The notes under the pieces were generated by a model that saw only the letters and a program-made list of their open reading frames with translations, did no database searches and was not told where the DNA came from. Positions 1-12,983 of a stretch of 64,000 bases of DNA are shown piece after piece (positions within the stretch are counted from its first letter, which is position 1; the number at the start of each line of letters is the position of its first letter). Position numbers and translations under genes: made by a program. Location of the stretch: NCBI GenBank assembly GCA_965649765.1, contig OZ287750.1:31682001-31746000 (forward strand). Direction: 5' to 3'. Origin of the DNA: Bispira polyomma. Its lineage: Eukaryota.

Positions 1-520
1 TGGTCAGTACGTGTCGCTGCCATTGAAAAGACATTGGGGATGGAAGAGCACATTACTCAGGTGTATATTAATTTGAAGGACTCCAATTGCCAGGATCTTT
101 TAAACAACAAACAATACTATGTAGAATGATACCAGAATCCCTAATGTTTGGGTTCCAATGTACAGATCTATGACTATTCAAAAACTAAAATATATATAAA
201 TCACAGGAACGGCCACATTGTCAACTGATATATTTTAAATAAAGCATTTACATTTTTATTATTTGAACACATTTATTTTATTTTCTTGAAGTAACAAAAA
301 ATTAATTCTAATGCAAACTAAGATTGAGACAAGGATGGTTGACTGAGATTCTAAAACTCCGCAAAAGCTCAGTTAGTTTAGTATAATAGAAAGTTCAGCC
401 TCAGGCAAGGTTAATGTTTTTCCAAGTTAGCTCGAAAGCGGGTCATATATACTGGTACTAATACTTCAACGCATATGATAGAATGAACAAATATAACATA
501 ATCACAATTTTACTTCAGTT
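1..520. repeat. Extra copy of the kinase 3'-flanking region
   Basis: 1-520 aligns with ~14389-14860, and 210-495 is near-identical to ~2160-2435 (e.g. GTTAGCTCGAAAGCGGGTCATATA). Confidence 0.8.
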
Positions 521-2512
521 TCCCTGATTTTATTTTTTAACATTTAGAAGGACTGGTTTAAATTACTGACCTCATCCTGATACTTTAACTTTAAAGAGTA
601 CAAATTGTTTTGTCTTCACACCTGTGGAGGTAATACTATGTATGGATATTGTTTTACTACTTGACGTTAGGGTTCTGAAATAAATATAATACATTAACAA
701 AATTACTTGCTGATGTCAACACGTAAATAAGAGGTCTAGTCATAGAGACAAGTAAGGGAATCAGAACTTTCCTTGTTCAGGATTTAAAACAAGAGGAAAA
801 TTATAAACCTCCAAAAATAACGTCACTTTTAAAAATGGCGGCATTACACAATCATGCAATTTCCTTAGCTGACGCAATCAACAAAGTAGAATCTCACCTT
901 TGCTTGTTTGTATAATGCAGGAAATTAGGTCTGCCTATATACAGGCTATTTAAAAACACTGTGGAATCAAGCCCGAAAAGCCTTAAAATGTCCCTTTTTG
1001 TGTACTTTGTTCTGTGTAAGCTACAATATTTTAAAATTATTATGTTATAATAACAGTGAGATCAGAGCATAGTATTATTTACCTCAGCATAATAAATAGT
1101 GCAAGAGTGTAAGATACTCAGCATTAATGTGTTATCTTTCTTGTTCTGGGCAATATACTAACAGAAGTTTCATCAAATGTTATGTCAGACACTTTTTAAA
1201 GATTCTAGGCTAATAATGCACTTATTTATATCACTAAATTTGATATTATACATGGAAATACAATTTGAAGCCAGATATTGGCCAGAACAAATAACTGCAC
1301 AACAACTGAAAGCAGTACAAGTCATTGCATTATATGAATGCATTATGAATGAGGTAAGGGAGGGGGGCGTTGTTACATATATGTAGTTAATAGTTATAAT
1401 AAAATTGAACACAAACAGGCATAGACTTCCCACCAAGACGTGTACATAGTAATAACACTCATATACGGGTACATAATGATTAATTAATTGTTTAACCAGT
1501 GTAATTTTTTAGGAATTCCAAGGATCTGGGTTCAATCCCTGCTTAAAGCAACCAGGTATACACAGATACATAGTGGCTTTTATGACCACTTTAATGGACG
1601 GTCCTCGGTCATTGGGTCCTATCCCCAGTGGCAGGCTAAGAATTCGTTAGGGGACATTGATAAATGGTCATTCCCAATGATTTAGTTAGGGGATTGACAG
1701 TTACTGCTGCTAGTTGTCTGTACTTGGGCAGACAAGATAAAGGTTTATTAGTACTTTGAATACAAGATAAAGTTAGATAAATGAATACAACACAATACTA
1801 TTACACACATATTATGTATGTAATACATGAATACAAAACTAACTAAATAAAACATTTCTAAGATTAGTGGACGTGACTTAATTCCCAAACTCGTAAGTGT
1901 CAAATGTTTTCATTGGATATATTCCAAGTTTTATGAAAAACAGCATTTTTGAAAAATAATACACCTACTTTGCTTTTCTAATAGACCAAAAAACTGGGGA
2001 AAACCTTTTAAGTGTACCAGATATGTCATATAACCACGCAGAAAATTTCCACACACAAAAAACGCATTGCCCACACAGCCTCACTTCATTTATAAACAGG
2101 TAAACATGTACACTTGATTAACATAAACTAACATACTACTACCGTAATATAGTTACATCGCCACATTGTCAACCAATTTATTTTAAATAAAGCATTTACA
2201 TTTTTATTATTCGAACATATTTTATTTATTTTCTTGGGTAACAGAATCTCAATTCTAATGCAAACTAAGATTGACACAAGGATGGTTGACTGAGATTCTA
2301 AAACTCCGAAAAACCTCAGTTAGTTTAGTATAATAGAAAGTTCAGCCTTAGGTAAGGTTAATGTTTTTCCAAGTTAGCTCGAAAGCGGGTCATATACTAA
2401 TACTTTGACGCATATGATAGAATGAACAAATATAAGATTTTATTGTTTAATATTAGTTTGTACTTCTAAACACTTTAGCCGTAGTAGGCTCGGTGGTTGT
2501 TTTTAATTGATG

Positions 2513-4187
2513 TTATATGTGAACAAGCTGAGTTTTGACGTAACCTACTGCTGGTCTTCTTATTGGGTTGACATTTAACATCTCTTCTGCCAAACTACCC
2601 AAAGCATCTTTCCTCCTTGATGTTGTTCCTTCGAAAAAATTTAAAAACCAGTTAGAAATAGTACATTGTATTCAGATAGCAGAGTGTTGTAAGCTTGTAG
2701 TTTAAAAGACTCTAAACCTCTCTGACCTTGAAACAGCCCTATATCATTCAAACCCTGACCAGTAAGGTTGTGGAGCCCTGCAAAGTTATACTAGAATTTT
2801 TTCTAAGTTATGCTTTTTGAGATATGACAAAGATATTGTAAAATTACCTTGATGACCCCAAGTTGACATTAAACTCAAGATCAGAGGTCAAATTTGACCA
2901 GTGCATTAGATTGTTTAACCTATGCTCACAATACATTCCAAGTCTCTAAACCCAATAGTTAAAAAGCTATAAAGCAAAAAATTGAATCGTTTGGGGTAAT
3001 AAAAGTGACCTTGGAACAGATCTGTATAGTTAAAAACCTTACCAGTAATGTTGTCGATGACTACAGAGATGTACTAGAAAGTTTCATGACCTAAAGACTA
3101 AAATTCTGAGCAAATGGTAACATACATGTGGTAAGGAATATGCATGCAAAATTACTGACTGATCTCATCAGTGGTTCTGGAGTAGAAGATTGTCAAGGAC
3201 AGTGCTGCTTGTGAAGAAAAGATAGCAAACAATTTAAATATTTTTGCTCATCCAGATAATGATCAGATCCAGATGCCATGGACAAATGTTTATCCTTGGG
3301 CCCCAAGGAACATATTAAAAATCAGGAGGTTTATAGGATCTGTAGTTTCACAGAAGAAGATACTTTTGTAAATTGTTGATGTGGAAGTGGACCCATGGGA
3401 ATAAATAGGTGACTTTGTTAGCTGACTTCAAAACTGTTCCATTGAAATCCACGTTAACATTACACAGATTACACTTACTTAAAATAAGATATTTTTGAAA
3501 TTTTGATATAAATGCGACTATGTACTTAAAGTAATACTTACTGACACGTTCAGTGAGCACTTGTAACACCCTCCCAATGGAGTAGATATCTGCTGAGTTA
3601 TGGTATTGACCTCTGTTGATCACTTCAGGAGCCACATAGTATGGTGTACCACATAGAGTGTTGAAGTAGATGGTCTCAAAGTGCGAAATGGATTCTGCAA
3701 AGTTGCCTATGCCAAAGTCGGCGAGTTTGACATAGGGTCTCATGAATGGAAACAATGCACTGCTAAGCAATATGTTAGCAGGTTTAATATCCCTGTGTAT
3801 AACACCCTTGGAATGGATGTAGTTCACTGCATCGCAAACCTGCTTCATCACTGAAATGACATCATCGATGGTCATCCTGTTGTCTCGCATGTAATGCTCT
3901 AAATCACCCAGGTCACAATGCTCCATCCAAATCATCAATGCTCCATCAGAACTGACTTCTGCACTGTATATCTTGGTGACATTAGGATGCTCACTGACCT
4001 TTTTCAAGGTCTCTGCTTCTCTCATTGCCAGCTGCCTTGTTTCAGAGTTTGGTAACGCCACAAGCTTGACTGCATAATTACGGGCATACAAAGGATAGTT
4101 GACCAAGTATACAACTCCGAAGGCTCCACCACCAAGGTACTTATACCCTTCAACATCTCTCACAGTCCAACTAAACTCGTTGCCCAT
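2513..4187 (-). CDS. Small Ser/Thr protein kinase (copy K1), two exons (4187-3542, 2628-2513), 253 aa, predicted N-myristoylated
   Basis: Exon 1 has GxGxFG, AVK, HRDIKPAN, DFG, GTPYYVAPE and DIYS. Donor TCA|GTAAGT at 3541 (phase 1); acceptor TTTTTTCGAAG| at 2629. Exon 2 continues in frame as RTTSRRKDALGSLAEEMLNVNPIRRPAVGYVKTQLVHI*, supplying subdomain XI. N-terminus MGNEFS fits MGxxxS. Confidence 0.9.
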
Positions 4188-5840
4188 GTTCGTGTTTTTT
4201 TCCTTGTAGAATGTTTTAAAAAAAGGAATGAAATGAATTATGAATTTTTAAATTTTTGTAGTGTTCTGTTCGAGTGCAAAGACGTGAATATAGACAATAC
4301 TGTAGATATATGCACTGTCAATGTCTCATTGGCTTTCAGAAAACAAAAACCAAGTGAATACACACATCTGTGCTATTCCACAAGTATGGGTAATAATACA
4401 ATGGTAAAAGCTATCTGTGGTTATTTGAATAAAAGCCAGCAAAATTCCCCCAGAAATATATGGCTATTATTATACCTCTGAAGTTCCTTTTCCTCTTTTA
4501 ATAAATGAACCTAAGCAGTATGCATTGCCATTGAAGTGTCACTACATTATTTTCTAATAATATAGTGGTAGAAAATAATGTAGTGGCAGCGTTTTTCTAC
4601 ATTTTAATAAAGTAAATATTTAAAGAAGCATTCTTAATTTAATTTTGATTTTCATTAAAAAATGTTGTTTTAGTATGGTTGGGTTTTACAATAGATAAAC
4701 ACCAAGTGGCACTACTAAAGGCCCTCGTATACCATTAAGTTTACATAATGTAGTACCACTTGGTGTTTATCTATATAGTAATGCACACCGCTTGGGTTTT
4801 ATATTCAGTGAATCTTTTAAAAAAAGTGGCTAAACTGTCTGGGGAAGGAAATTACTCAAGCATGTAGTGGCTGCTTCTTTAACCATATAGTCGACAAAAA
4901 GTTCACAAAGCGTTCAAATATTCTTGAAAATTGTGTGAACTGTCTGCACGTGAACTGTCTGAGATATGCTAGAAACTTAGCCATATGGTTTCTAAAAGAA
5001 ATGATAGTGGATAGTTGTCTAAAAAAGCTAGGGTGTTGGAATCTTAGTGCCACTTTCATTACATTTCAATCATTCAATCATTATTCTAACTAGTTTAGGT
5101 TATGTAAATAAATGTTAGGATTATTATAGAAGTAGTTGTACAAAAAAGTACTAAACCTGTAAATCACAAGTAATGCTAGTGTGCCTAGTAGTAGTAATCT
5201 TGACCAAACAGCTGGATACTAAAATATGCTGTAACTGTCAACTAGACAGGTCAATATGTAAATGTTCAGTAGCAAGGTAACCTATAGAAATATTAACAAA
5301 GTTGCTTCAACAAAACTAACTAATTGTTGTATATGAGCTTATATGTTCAACAGTTGTGTACATAGTTTTCTTATTTTTCATATGTTTTGTAGAACTAGTA
5401 ATATTACCTGTAAATGTATGTAAAGTGCCAATTTGTGTTGGGAAGAACTTTTGGTGAATAGTGTATTTTTCATTTTATGTAGAAAGCTAAACTCAGTTCA
5501 ATATTATCATATGGGTCTGATGTCTGTAAACTGTTAAAGGGTGTGAAGGGGTATTTGATTTGGGTTTAAAGCCATTCTGTATTTGGGGTCACACAATCAA
5601 GTCAACATGTGTGTTGAAGGAAATTGAAGTTTGTGACATATTGTATTGTACACTGTGTGATAGGTAATAGGTGATTAACAGGTATGTTACAAATTTTGTT
5701 TTATGTAATAAGTTTTATATTCTTAGGTAATTACAGTTATAGTCCTGGTACTATTAATATTTGTATTTTAACTTAATAGAGATAAACTTCAGTTTATATT
5801 TTGTTTGGTAATATGATAATATTGACTCACTTGATAAAAA

Positions 5841-6092
5841 GGGGCCGCGGTGGCCTAGTGGTTAGCAAGCATTGCACTTCACAATCACTGGTCTCTCACC
5901 TCTGGGCGGCGTGAGTTCGAATCCCGTTGATGCCTGTGTGGGAAAGGTGGTAGTTCCTTACTGTGGGCCGCTGGTTTCAGTGCAAAACCTTTACCAACTG
6001 TATGCAGTGTTTCCTACAGCGTTTCCAACTACCCGTCCCAATATAACCTACTAAAAGGTACTAGAGTGGACGTTAAATATCCAAATTCAAAT
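5841..6092 (+). mobile_element. tRNA-derived SINE, full length
   Basis: A box TGGCCTAGTGG, B box GTTCGAATCC, and 3' end GTGGACGTTAAATATCCAAATTCAAATT. Three more copies occur in the window. Confidence 0.9.
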
Positions 6093-6589
6093 TTAAATTA
6101 TAACGTATTCAAATTTATGTTTAAATGTAGTAGTTTCAAATAGTTAATTATGGTAAGAAATTTTATTTTTTCCTTTCTTTACAAGGACTGGTTTAAATTA
6201 CTGGATGCAGATATGGTAAGCTGATTGCTGTATGGATTACATGTGATGAATCATGAACATTAATTATTTTTGAGACAGTGTTGTACTTTACCATATTGAC
6301 TTTATTTGATTCATGTTGATGGTGTTGTACTTGACCATATTGACCTTATTTGATTCAAGTTGATGGTGTTTATTTATTGTATTTTTTTATAGTATTTCAG
6401 CTTGTTATTTTCATAAATAAATTAGTTAACTCATATGTTAGTTCCCTGCGTTAATACCTGAGGCACGAATACAACACTAATGGAAATTTTAATAAAAATA
6501 AAACTCCAAGTACTATCAAGACTTGCCCATGGAACTGACGAAGATCTTACAAAAAAAAAAATGTTTTATGAATAATAAAAGACTGGTGT

Positions 6590-6715
6590 CACAATTTGAA
6601 CACAGTATCACAAATTGAAAATGGTTTCAAAAATTGAAAAAGTTTCACAAATTAAAAAAGGTTTTACAAATTGAAAACGGTTTTACAAATTGAAAATGGT
6701 TTGACACACATATGG
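6590..6715. repeat. ~19-bp tandem repeat (TTTCACAAATTGAAAANGG), probably a MITE subterminal array
   Basis: About six imperfect units are visible. Confidence 0.65.
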
Positions 6716-7137
6716 AAAATGGTTGTTGTGTGTGTAATCTGTACACGTCAAACCTCTTAGTCAATAAAGTAGGAACATTTATAATATTACGTACAGTTTA
6801 CAACACAAAACTTCATTAGTTAACATTTTTATGTGTATGTGTCACGTAGAGATGGATTACACATGTATGGAAAGAGAGCATAAAGAGAGAGACAAAATGT
6901 TGCGGTGTATGTTTGTGACGTGTAGCGATAACTTTTACGTTTTACATTTTGGGTCTATTGCTGGTTCAGGAAATGACAGTGAACATGTCACATTATGTGT
7001 ACGTTTATATTGCCAATATGGCATGAAGGAATGTATTCATTTTAGTGTGCACCCATAACATTCTTACTTCATTCAAGTACATGCTTTCTGTAAATAAAGA
7101 TATTGCCTCATAGATATTTGTGTTCATCAAACCACCT

Positions 7138-7403
7138 GGGGCCGTGGTTGCCTAGTGGTTAGCAAGCATTGCGCTTCACAATCACTGGTCTCTCACCTCT
7201 GGGCGGCGTGAGTTTGAATCCCGTCAATGCCTATGTGGGAAAGGTGGTAGTTCCTTACTGTGGGCCGCTGGTTTCAGTGCAGAACCTTGATCAACTGTAT
7301 GCAGTGTTTCCTCCAGCGTTTCCAACTACCTGTCCCAATAAACCTAAACAGGTACTACAGTGGACGTTAAATATCCAAATTAAAAAACAAAACAAAAAAA
7401 AAA
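7138..7403 (+). mobile_element. tRNA-derived SINE inserted in the Gypsy 5' LTR
   Basis: Same family as 5841, with an A-rich tail. 13-bp TSD CATCAAACCACCT at 7125-7137 and 7404-7416. Confidence 0.92.
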
Positions 7404-7568
7404 CATCAAACCACCTCCATATATTATTACATGGTGGCAGCGTGAAACTAAAGGAACAATTAATATGTGACCCGTAACGGGAAATAACTGTAAAAAGACC
7501 CATATATAAAAGTTGTATAAGCAAGGATATTCATATCTCATCAGGATGGCCAGCAGAAGATGAATTGG

Positions 7569-7747
7569 ATCCCATCGATGCCTATGTGGGAAAGGTGGTA
7601 GTTCCTTACTGTGGGCCGCTGGTTTCTCTGCAGAACCTTGATCAACTGTATGCAGTGTTTCCTCCAGCGTTTCCAACTACCCATCCCAATATAACCTACT
7701 AAAAGGTACTAGAGTGGACGTTAAATATCCAAATTCAAATTCAAACT
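7569..7747 (+). mobile_element. 5'-truncated SINE inserted near the start of Gypsy gag
   Basis: 3' two-thirds of the same SINE. 12-bp TSD AAGATGAATTGG at 7557-7568 and 7748-7759. Confidence 0.9.
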
Positions 7748-8183
7748 AAGATGAATTGGGAGCACGAGCCACTTTTAGACTCCGTTATAGCTTTCCAAGC
7801 AGGGATGAACTAATATCTTGAGGACAATAATGTCACTCGAGCTGGCAAGAAAAGCCGGAAGAAATCAAATTACAGCAACATTTAATCAGAGTGCCTAAAT
7901 GTAATGCACGAAATTCTACGCTTTCGCTATCTGTACGACCACCAGTTCAAGCTCATATGTGATCACGAACCACTTCAAATGATTTTTCACAAACCACTAC
8001 ATGCTGCACTACCCCGGCTACAAAGCATGATCCTTAAATTCCAAGGATACAACTTCGAAGCGATTTACAGACTAGGAGACTCCACGATCCTCGCTGACAA
8101 CCTTTCATGATAAATTTCTTGCAGCAAAAGCAAAATAACATTAAAACTGAGGCATCCACTGATCCCGTATTACATAAGCTCTT

Positions 8184-8805
8184 AGCCTACGCTTCCTTTC
8201 AGCATGTTTTTGTCGCCCGACGTCAGTCAGCCGTTTTTTCCCTTCTTTATACAATACTACCAAGTGCTTCCTTTCAGCAGATTTGCATCAGATCCGATCA
8301 GACGTCTGTTTGGCTTACAGATTTTATCTGTCAAGGAGGGAAAAATTGGAGGACTGACCAATTTTGCAACAAAAATGTCTGCAAAAATGGTATAGTTTTG
8401 ATATAGTTTTCATCCTATATATACTCAATATTCGTCAGATGTTGACGTTGAAAATGGCATGATAAAGGTTATTTTATTGTGATTACTGTGCTTTTTTCCC
8501 CACCAAAATCCGTTAAGAATCGGCTCAGATGTCATAATGACGTCAGTTTTATAGCTACGTCACAAATTATAAACCAGAAAGTAAAAATGGGTACCTTTCT
8601 TTAACTGTATATATCAATTTTGGTGAAAAAGAAAACCCAGTAATTTCAATAAAATAAGCTTTCTCATACCATTTTTTAAAGTCAACATCCGACGAATATT
8701 GGGTATTTATCTGATGTAAGGAAGTGCTACATCGGCCGACGTTGGATCGGATAGGACATACCCAAATCGCATGACGTCGGAATGTGCTAAAAGGAAGCGT
8801 AGGCT
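8184..8805. mobile_element. Non-autonomous DNA transposon (MITE), superfamily uncertain
   Basis: 21-bp TIRs AGCCTACGCTTCCTTTCAGCA / TGCTAAAAGGAAGCGTAGGCT (one mismatch). It interrupts Gypsy pol (...LHKL | IDYLQ...). Confidence 0.8.
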
Positions 8806-9379
8806 GATAGATTATCTACAAAGGATGGGCAGAGGAAGCAAAGCTGCTAAACCCTCAGCTTCAGGAATACTTTATTACTGGGATGTGTTGGCCCTTCAGG
8901 ATTGCATCATATTTAATGGGGCTATTCCACTTAGCCGATCGATTAGGCCTAGCCTCCCGAGTGTAACGATAATTTTTGGGGGGATGGCTCCCGATATATC
9001 TTAACAATCGGCCCGATTTTACTTTTCTATGCACAAATGGCTGCCTCGATCTCCCCGATAAGTTGGTAGTAATGGTTACGACCATAAAGATAACTCGGGG
9101 TGGCCACCCAATCCACTCGGTGTGGTTCACAATAACTCCTGGTAATTAACATCGGCGAAAACCTCGAAACGTCCTAGATTGTCACGTATAAACCCTATAT
9201 ATAGGGTACTTATCTCAAATCCAAACAGATGTAATTGTCAAGATGGCTCTACAAAGTGCAATAGAGATTATGAGGGGACTTCAAGTTTTGATGGCTTCAA
9301 TGCGACTGCAAGTGGTGGGTTTTTTACATCTGCAAAGAAGAATAGAAATGTTAAAAAGAGAGACAGACACAGAGAATAC

Positions 9380-9900
9380 ATGTCAAAGGAAAGTCGTCAC
9401 ATGAGGAAGGGCCAGATGTCGATTCTTGGTGAAGCCATTGCTCAAGCAACGTGAGGAACATGGGCATTACTCTGCTGCATTCCAAGAGATGCAGAGGCGG
9501 GTGGGGCATAAAATCAAGAAACTGGCCACCTGGTTTAGGAAGCCACTGTCCTCTGGACTGAAGATCACCATAATATTGAGACATTTGGCTACTGGGAATA
9601 CCCACGGTTCTCCACATAGCTTCTTTGCAGTTGGGAGATCCACCATAACCAAGTTGGTCCCCCAGGTGTGCCAGGCAAAAATTGATGAATACCAGAAGGA
9701 ATTCTTGTCTTGCCCGACAACTCCACAGGGCTGAAAAAAGGAATGTACCCAATGCCGTGGGCTCCATAGATGGAAAACACAGTGCAATTAGATGCCTGAG
9801 GAAAGGGGGAGCGAATACTTCGATTACACTCGATTGTAATGCTGGCTTTGGTTGACGCGGAATACAGAATCCTCTGGGTGGACCTTAGAACCATGTGTGA
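9380..9900 (+). pseudogene. Harbinger (HARBI1-like DDE) transposase remnant
   Basis: RKPLSSGLKITIILRHLATG...F.VGRSTITK..P.VC, then ...AVGSIDGKH and SIVMLALVDAEYRILWVD in shifted frames; 3' part deleted. Confidence 0.85.
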
Positions 9901-10009
9901 TCATTTATTTGTGGGGCCAGTATGCTTCTTGTAGTGAGGCTTTGTTTTTCATTCAACAATGAGCTCAGATAATGTTTTAAAATATTTGGGTGGCCCTAAA
10001 AAGGACCGA

Positions 10010-11470
10010 TTGGTTATGCTGTGTACACTCTACTGGTCTGGCAGGTCTGGCAGGGGTGGTGTTGAGGTGGAGGAGGATGCTGTGATGGCTGCGGACGAGG
10101 CTGTGGTGGTTGTGTCTGATCTGATGCTCAAAATGTGAAGGTGTATCTATGCTCTGGTGGCTGATATCCCCCGGGCCTACTCCCATATTTCTGACCATTG
10201 GTGAGACTGTTGAACTGTTCAGAATGTCTGACTCGACTGACCCAGGGTTGTCTAATGCCAGAATAGTCTCAGTTATACTAGATGTACTAGCTACACTTGC
10301 ACTTTGTGTTGGTGGTCATTGAACTGTCTTGATTGGTGAAGGGTTTGGAGGCTGTTACATCTGTGGTCTGGCTGGTGGTTTGTTGATGTACTGCACATAC
10401 TGTCGTGGTTGCTGCTGTGGGACAAAAGCATGTTGCCCCGTGCCACAGGAGGTACTCGGCTGTGGTTGAAAAGGGTGATTATGTTGTGGTTGTGGCTGCA
10501 AATGGGTGAATCCAACCCCATGTTCAGCCTGTTCCTGTAAGTTGAAGATCAGGTTGAAGGCCTCTTTCCTGTTTTTGAATGTGTTCAACAAAGTTTCTGA
10601 CAGTTTATCAGTCTCTAAGGATAGCCAGTTCATGAAGGCGGCTCTTGGTCTCTAGGCTTTGATTTGACGGCGTCAGGAAACTGGCTATCCTATCTTTCGT
10701 CCTGGACATGCTGTTTTTAAAGTCGGCTGCCATTGCATCACAGTGGGTTCGAGTGGACTGCCCTCCATAGACAGATGACTGTTGGGAAAGTCTGGCTGGT
10801 GACAGCAATGGTATTATGGACTCCTCCATATCCAGTTTAGCCTGGTCTGTGTCGGACTGGGATCCTGTTGGTGTCTGGGACCTAAGACCAGCAGAAGCAG
10901 AGCCAAATGATATGGCAGATTATGTGAGATGATGTGAGGCCGCAGGAACTTGAAGTTGTCCTTTACCAAGCTCTGTCTGTCCATCAACTCCCGGAGGAGG
11001 AGGGCTTCACCTGACTTTAGCACACTCAGCTTCCCGTAAATGGTGCGTTGGGACTGGAACCACTTCTTGACTTTCACAGCATGATCCCGCAGTACTCTTC
11101 CCAGGCCACATTTTTTTTCTGGTTGTCCTTGTAGTCAGGGCGGTGTTTGTTGAAAAGCCACTCTTGGTCTTTGAGGAAGTCGATGACAGCCCTATCTTGT
11201 TCGTCGGTGAGTAGCACTGTCTTCATCCTCTCCTTCCTCTGCTTCCTGGAAAGGATCAAGACCTCAGCATCAGCAGTTGACTCTCTGTATCATTGGATTC
11301 TGCTGTGTCTTGGGTCAGGTTGTATCTTGGGTCAAGGCTGTAAATTGCGAAAACTGGGTCTCCGGTACCATAGTCAGAGCCTCTTCAGGTCTGTTTACAT
11401 CAAACTCTGTCTCCTCCTCCTCCTGAAAAGTCGCCATCCTCCTCTTCTTTCCCCTCTTCTTGGGTGCCAT
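10010..11470 (-). pseudogene. Harbinger MADF/Myb-SANT partner gene remnant
   Basis: MAPKRRGK start. MADF-like LTDEQDRAVIDFLKDQEWLFNKHRPDYKDNQKKNVAWEE...KKWFQSQRTIYGKL and a Q/P-rich C-terminus; several stops and frameshifts. Confidence 0.8.
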
Positions 11471-12983
11471 ATTTAATAAAAAAATTAAATTACAATGTAC
11501 TATATAAAAACTTTTAAAACTTTTTAATTGCCAGTTGCTAATGTGTACTCTTCGCTGCTAAAAATAAATGAGGTGAAGATTACTGTCACAGCATCCCTTT
11601 ATATGTTTCTTGTCCCCCGATTTGACTCTTGAGCAAATAAGTTATCTTGACTTATCGTTGTCATCCTGAGTTGTCGTTCTTGTCATTCCCGAGTTAACCT
11701 TACACTTGGCCGTGAATCGGCTGCTTTCTGTCCTATCGTTAGGATAGAGCAATCACTAGGAATGGTTTATTTAATATTGCTTCTGATTTGGGTCCCGGGT
11801 GGCGATGATTGTAAAGATAAGTTGTTAGGATCTAACGATAAGTCGTTGCAAACTCCTGATTGCTCCAGAGTTATTGGGCGTGTGTCACCCAATCGCAGAG
11901 GTTTTCAAATGATTGGCTATATGGAACAGGGGTATTAAGGAAGGAGAGTTATCACTGAGACAAAATATCCTCAAAGACTTCATCATGGCCCCCAAGGTAT
12001 AAACAAAACATGCTACTGGGGAGGTCAATAGCCACAAGTTTGTCGAATTGCACGACTGTTCAATCATCGGACTACCATGACAGGATGAGAAATTTGAGAT
12101 CACATAGTAGTGCATATGCTAATATGCACACAAAATTGTTACCATCGCTGCTCAGAAATCAAGCTGTACATGTACTAGATGTCAACCGCAAAATGTGGTT
12201 CCTGCCCAATATGAAAAAGTAGGCAATTAGTCATTTTATGTGTAGACCGCAAATGGCACATGAATGTCCGGTTAGACTTCTATTGATATTCAGAGATGAA
12301 TGAGGTGACCAGCTTAATTTTGTGTATTTAAGGCCATAATAATTGTAAACTTGCAGCGTCAAGACCAACAGTCAAAGCACATTAATGACATTGCACAAAC
12401 AATGAAATAAATTAACTTGTAGAAGCTATCCAAGTTTATCATGGGTCTATCCAAAAACACTTTAAATTACTGTACAAATTATATAAATAACTCATTACTT
12501 TGTCAGATACATTGTAGAACTGTACATGCATAATTGCTGATCTACACTGTCACATGATTAACCACTGATGAACCAACTATCATCAGAAGTTAATCTCAAT
12601 TGATGTATGAAGTGACATCTTGAAGTTTTCAGTAATATGCTATAATTACATGCAAATATATAGTTTGCCTTTTTCTATGTGTGTAAAAAACCCCTCTTTA
12701 TCTATCATGTGTCCGTATGAACTATGATTTATGAAGTATTAAAATTCAATTCAAATTGCTACTTTTTAAGTGCTATACACTTTGTACCTCAAAGATATCA
12801 GTTTTCTTAGAAGAAGGGGGATGTTACACTATGTGTACCTATATATCACCTATATGGCACAGAGGTACGTATTCATTTTAGTGTGCACCCAAAATTTTGT
12901 ACTTCCTCCCGGAACATGTTTTTTGTAAATATGGATATTGTTGCATAGAATTTTGTGTTCATCAAAACAGCCTCTACATATTA

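Larger units (their letters stand above)
8917..11934. mobile_element. PIF/Harbinger DNA transposon (decayed), nested in the Gypsy integrase
   Basis: Convergent transposase and MADF genes. Imperfect TIRs (CTATTCCACTTAGCCGATC vs GATTGGCTATATGGAACAG). Flanks TAA/TTA; removing the element plus 3 bp restores Gypsy IIFKGRRVI. Confidence 0.8.

Noticed and set aside
3348-3541. C-terminal part of the 279-aa kinase ORF in the ORF track
   Set aside because: It is read-through into the intron; the real C-terminus is the exon at 2628-2513.
5841-5930. tRNA gene
   Set aside because: A and B boxes are present, but the sequence continues into a shared body and tail in four copies, two with TSDs; it is a SINE head.
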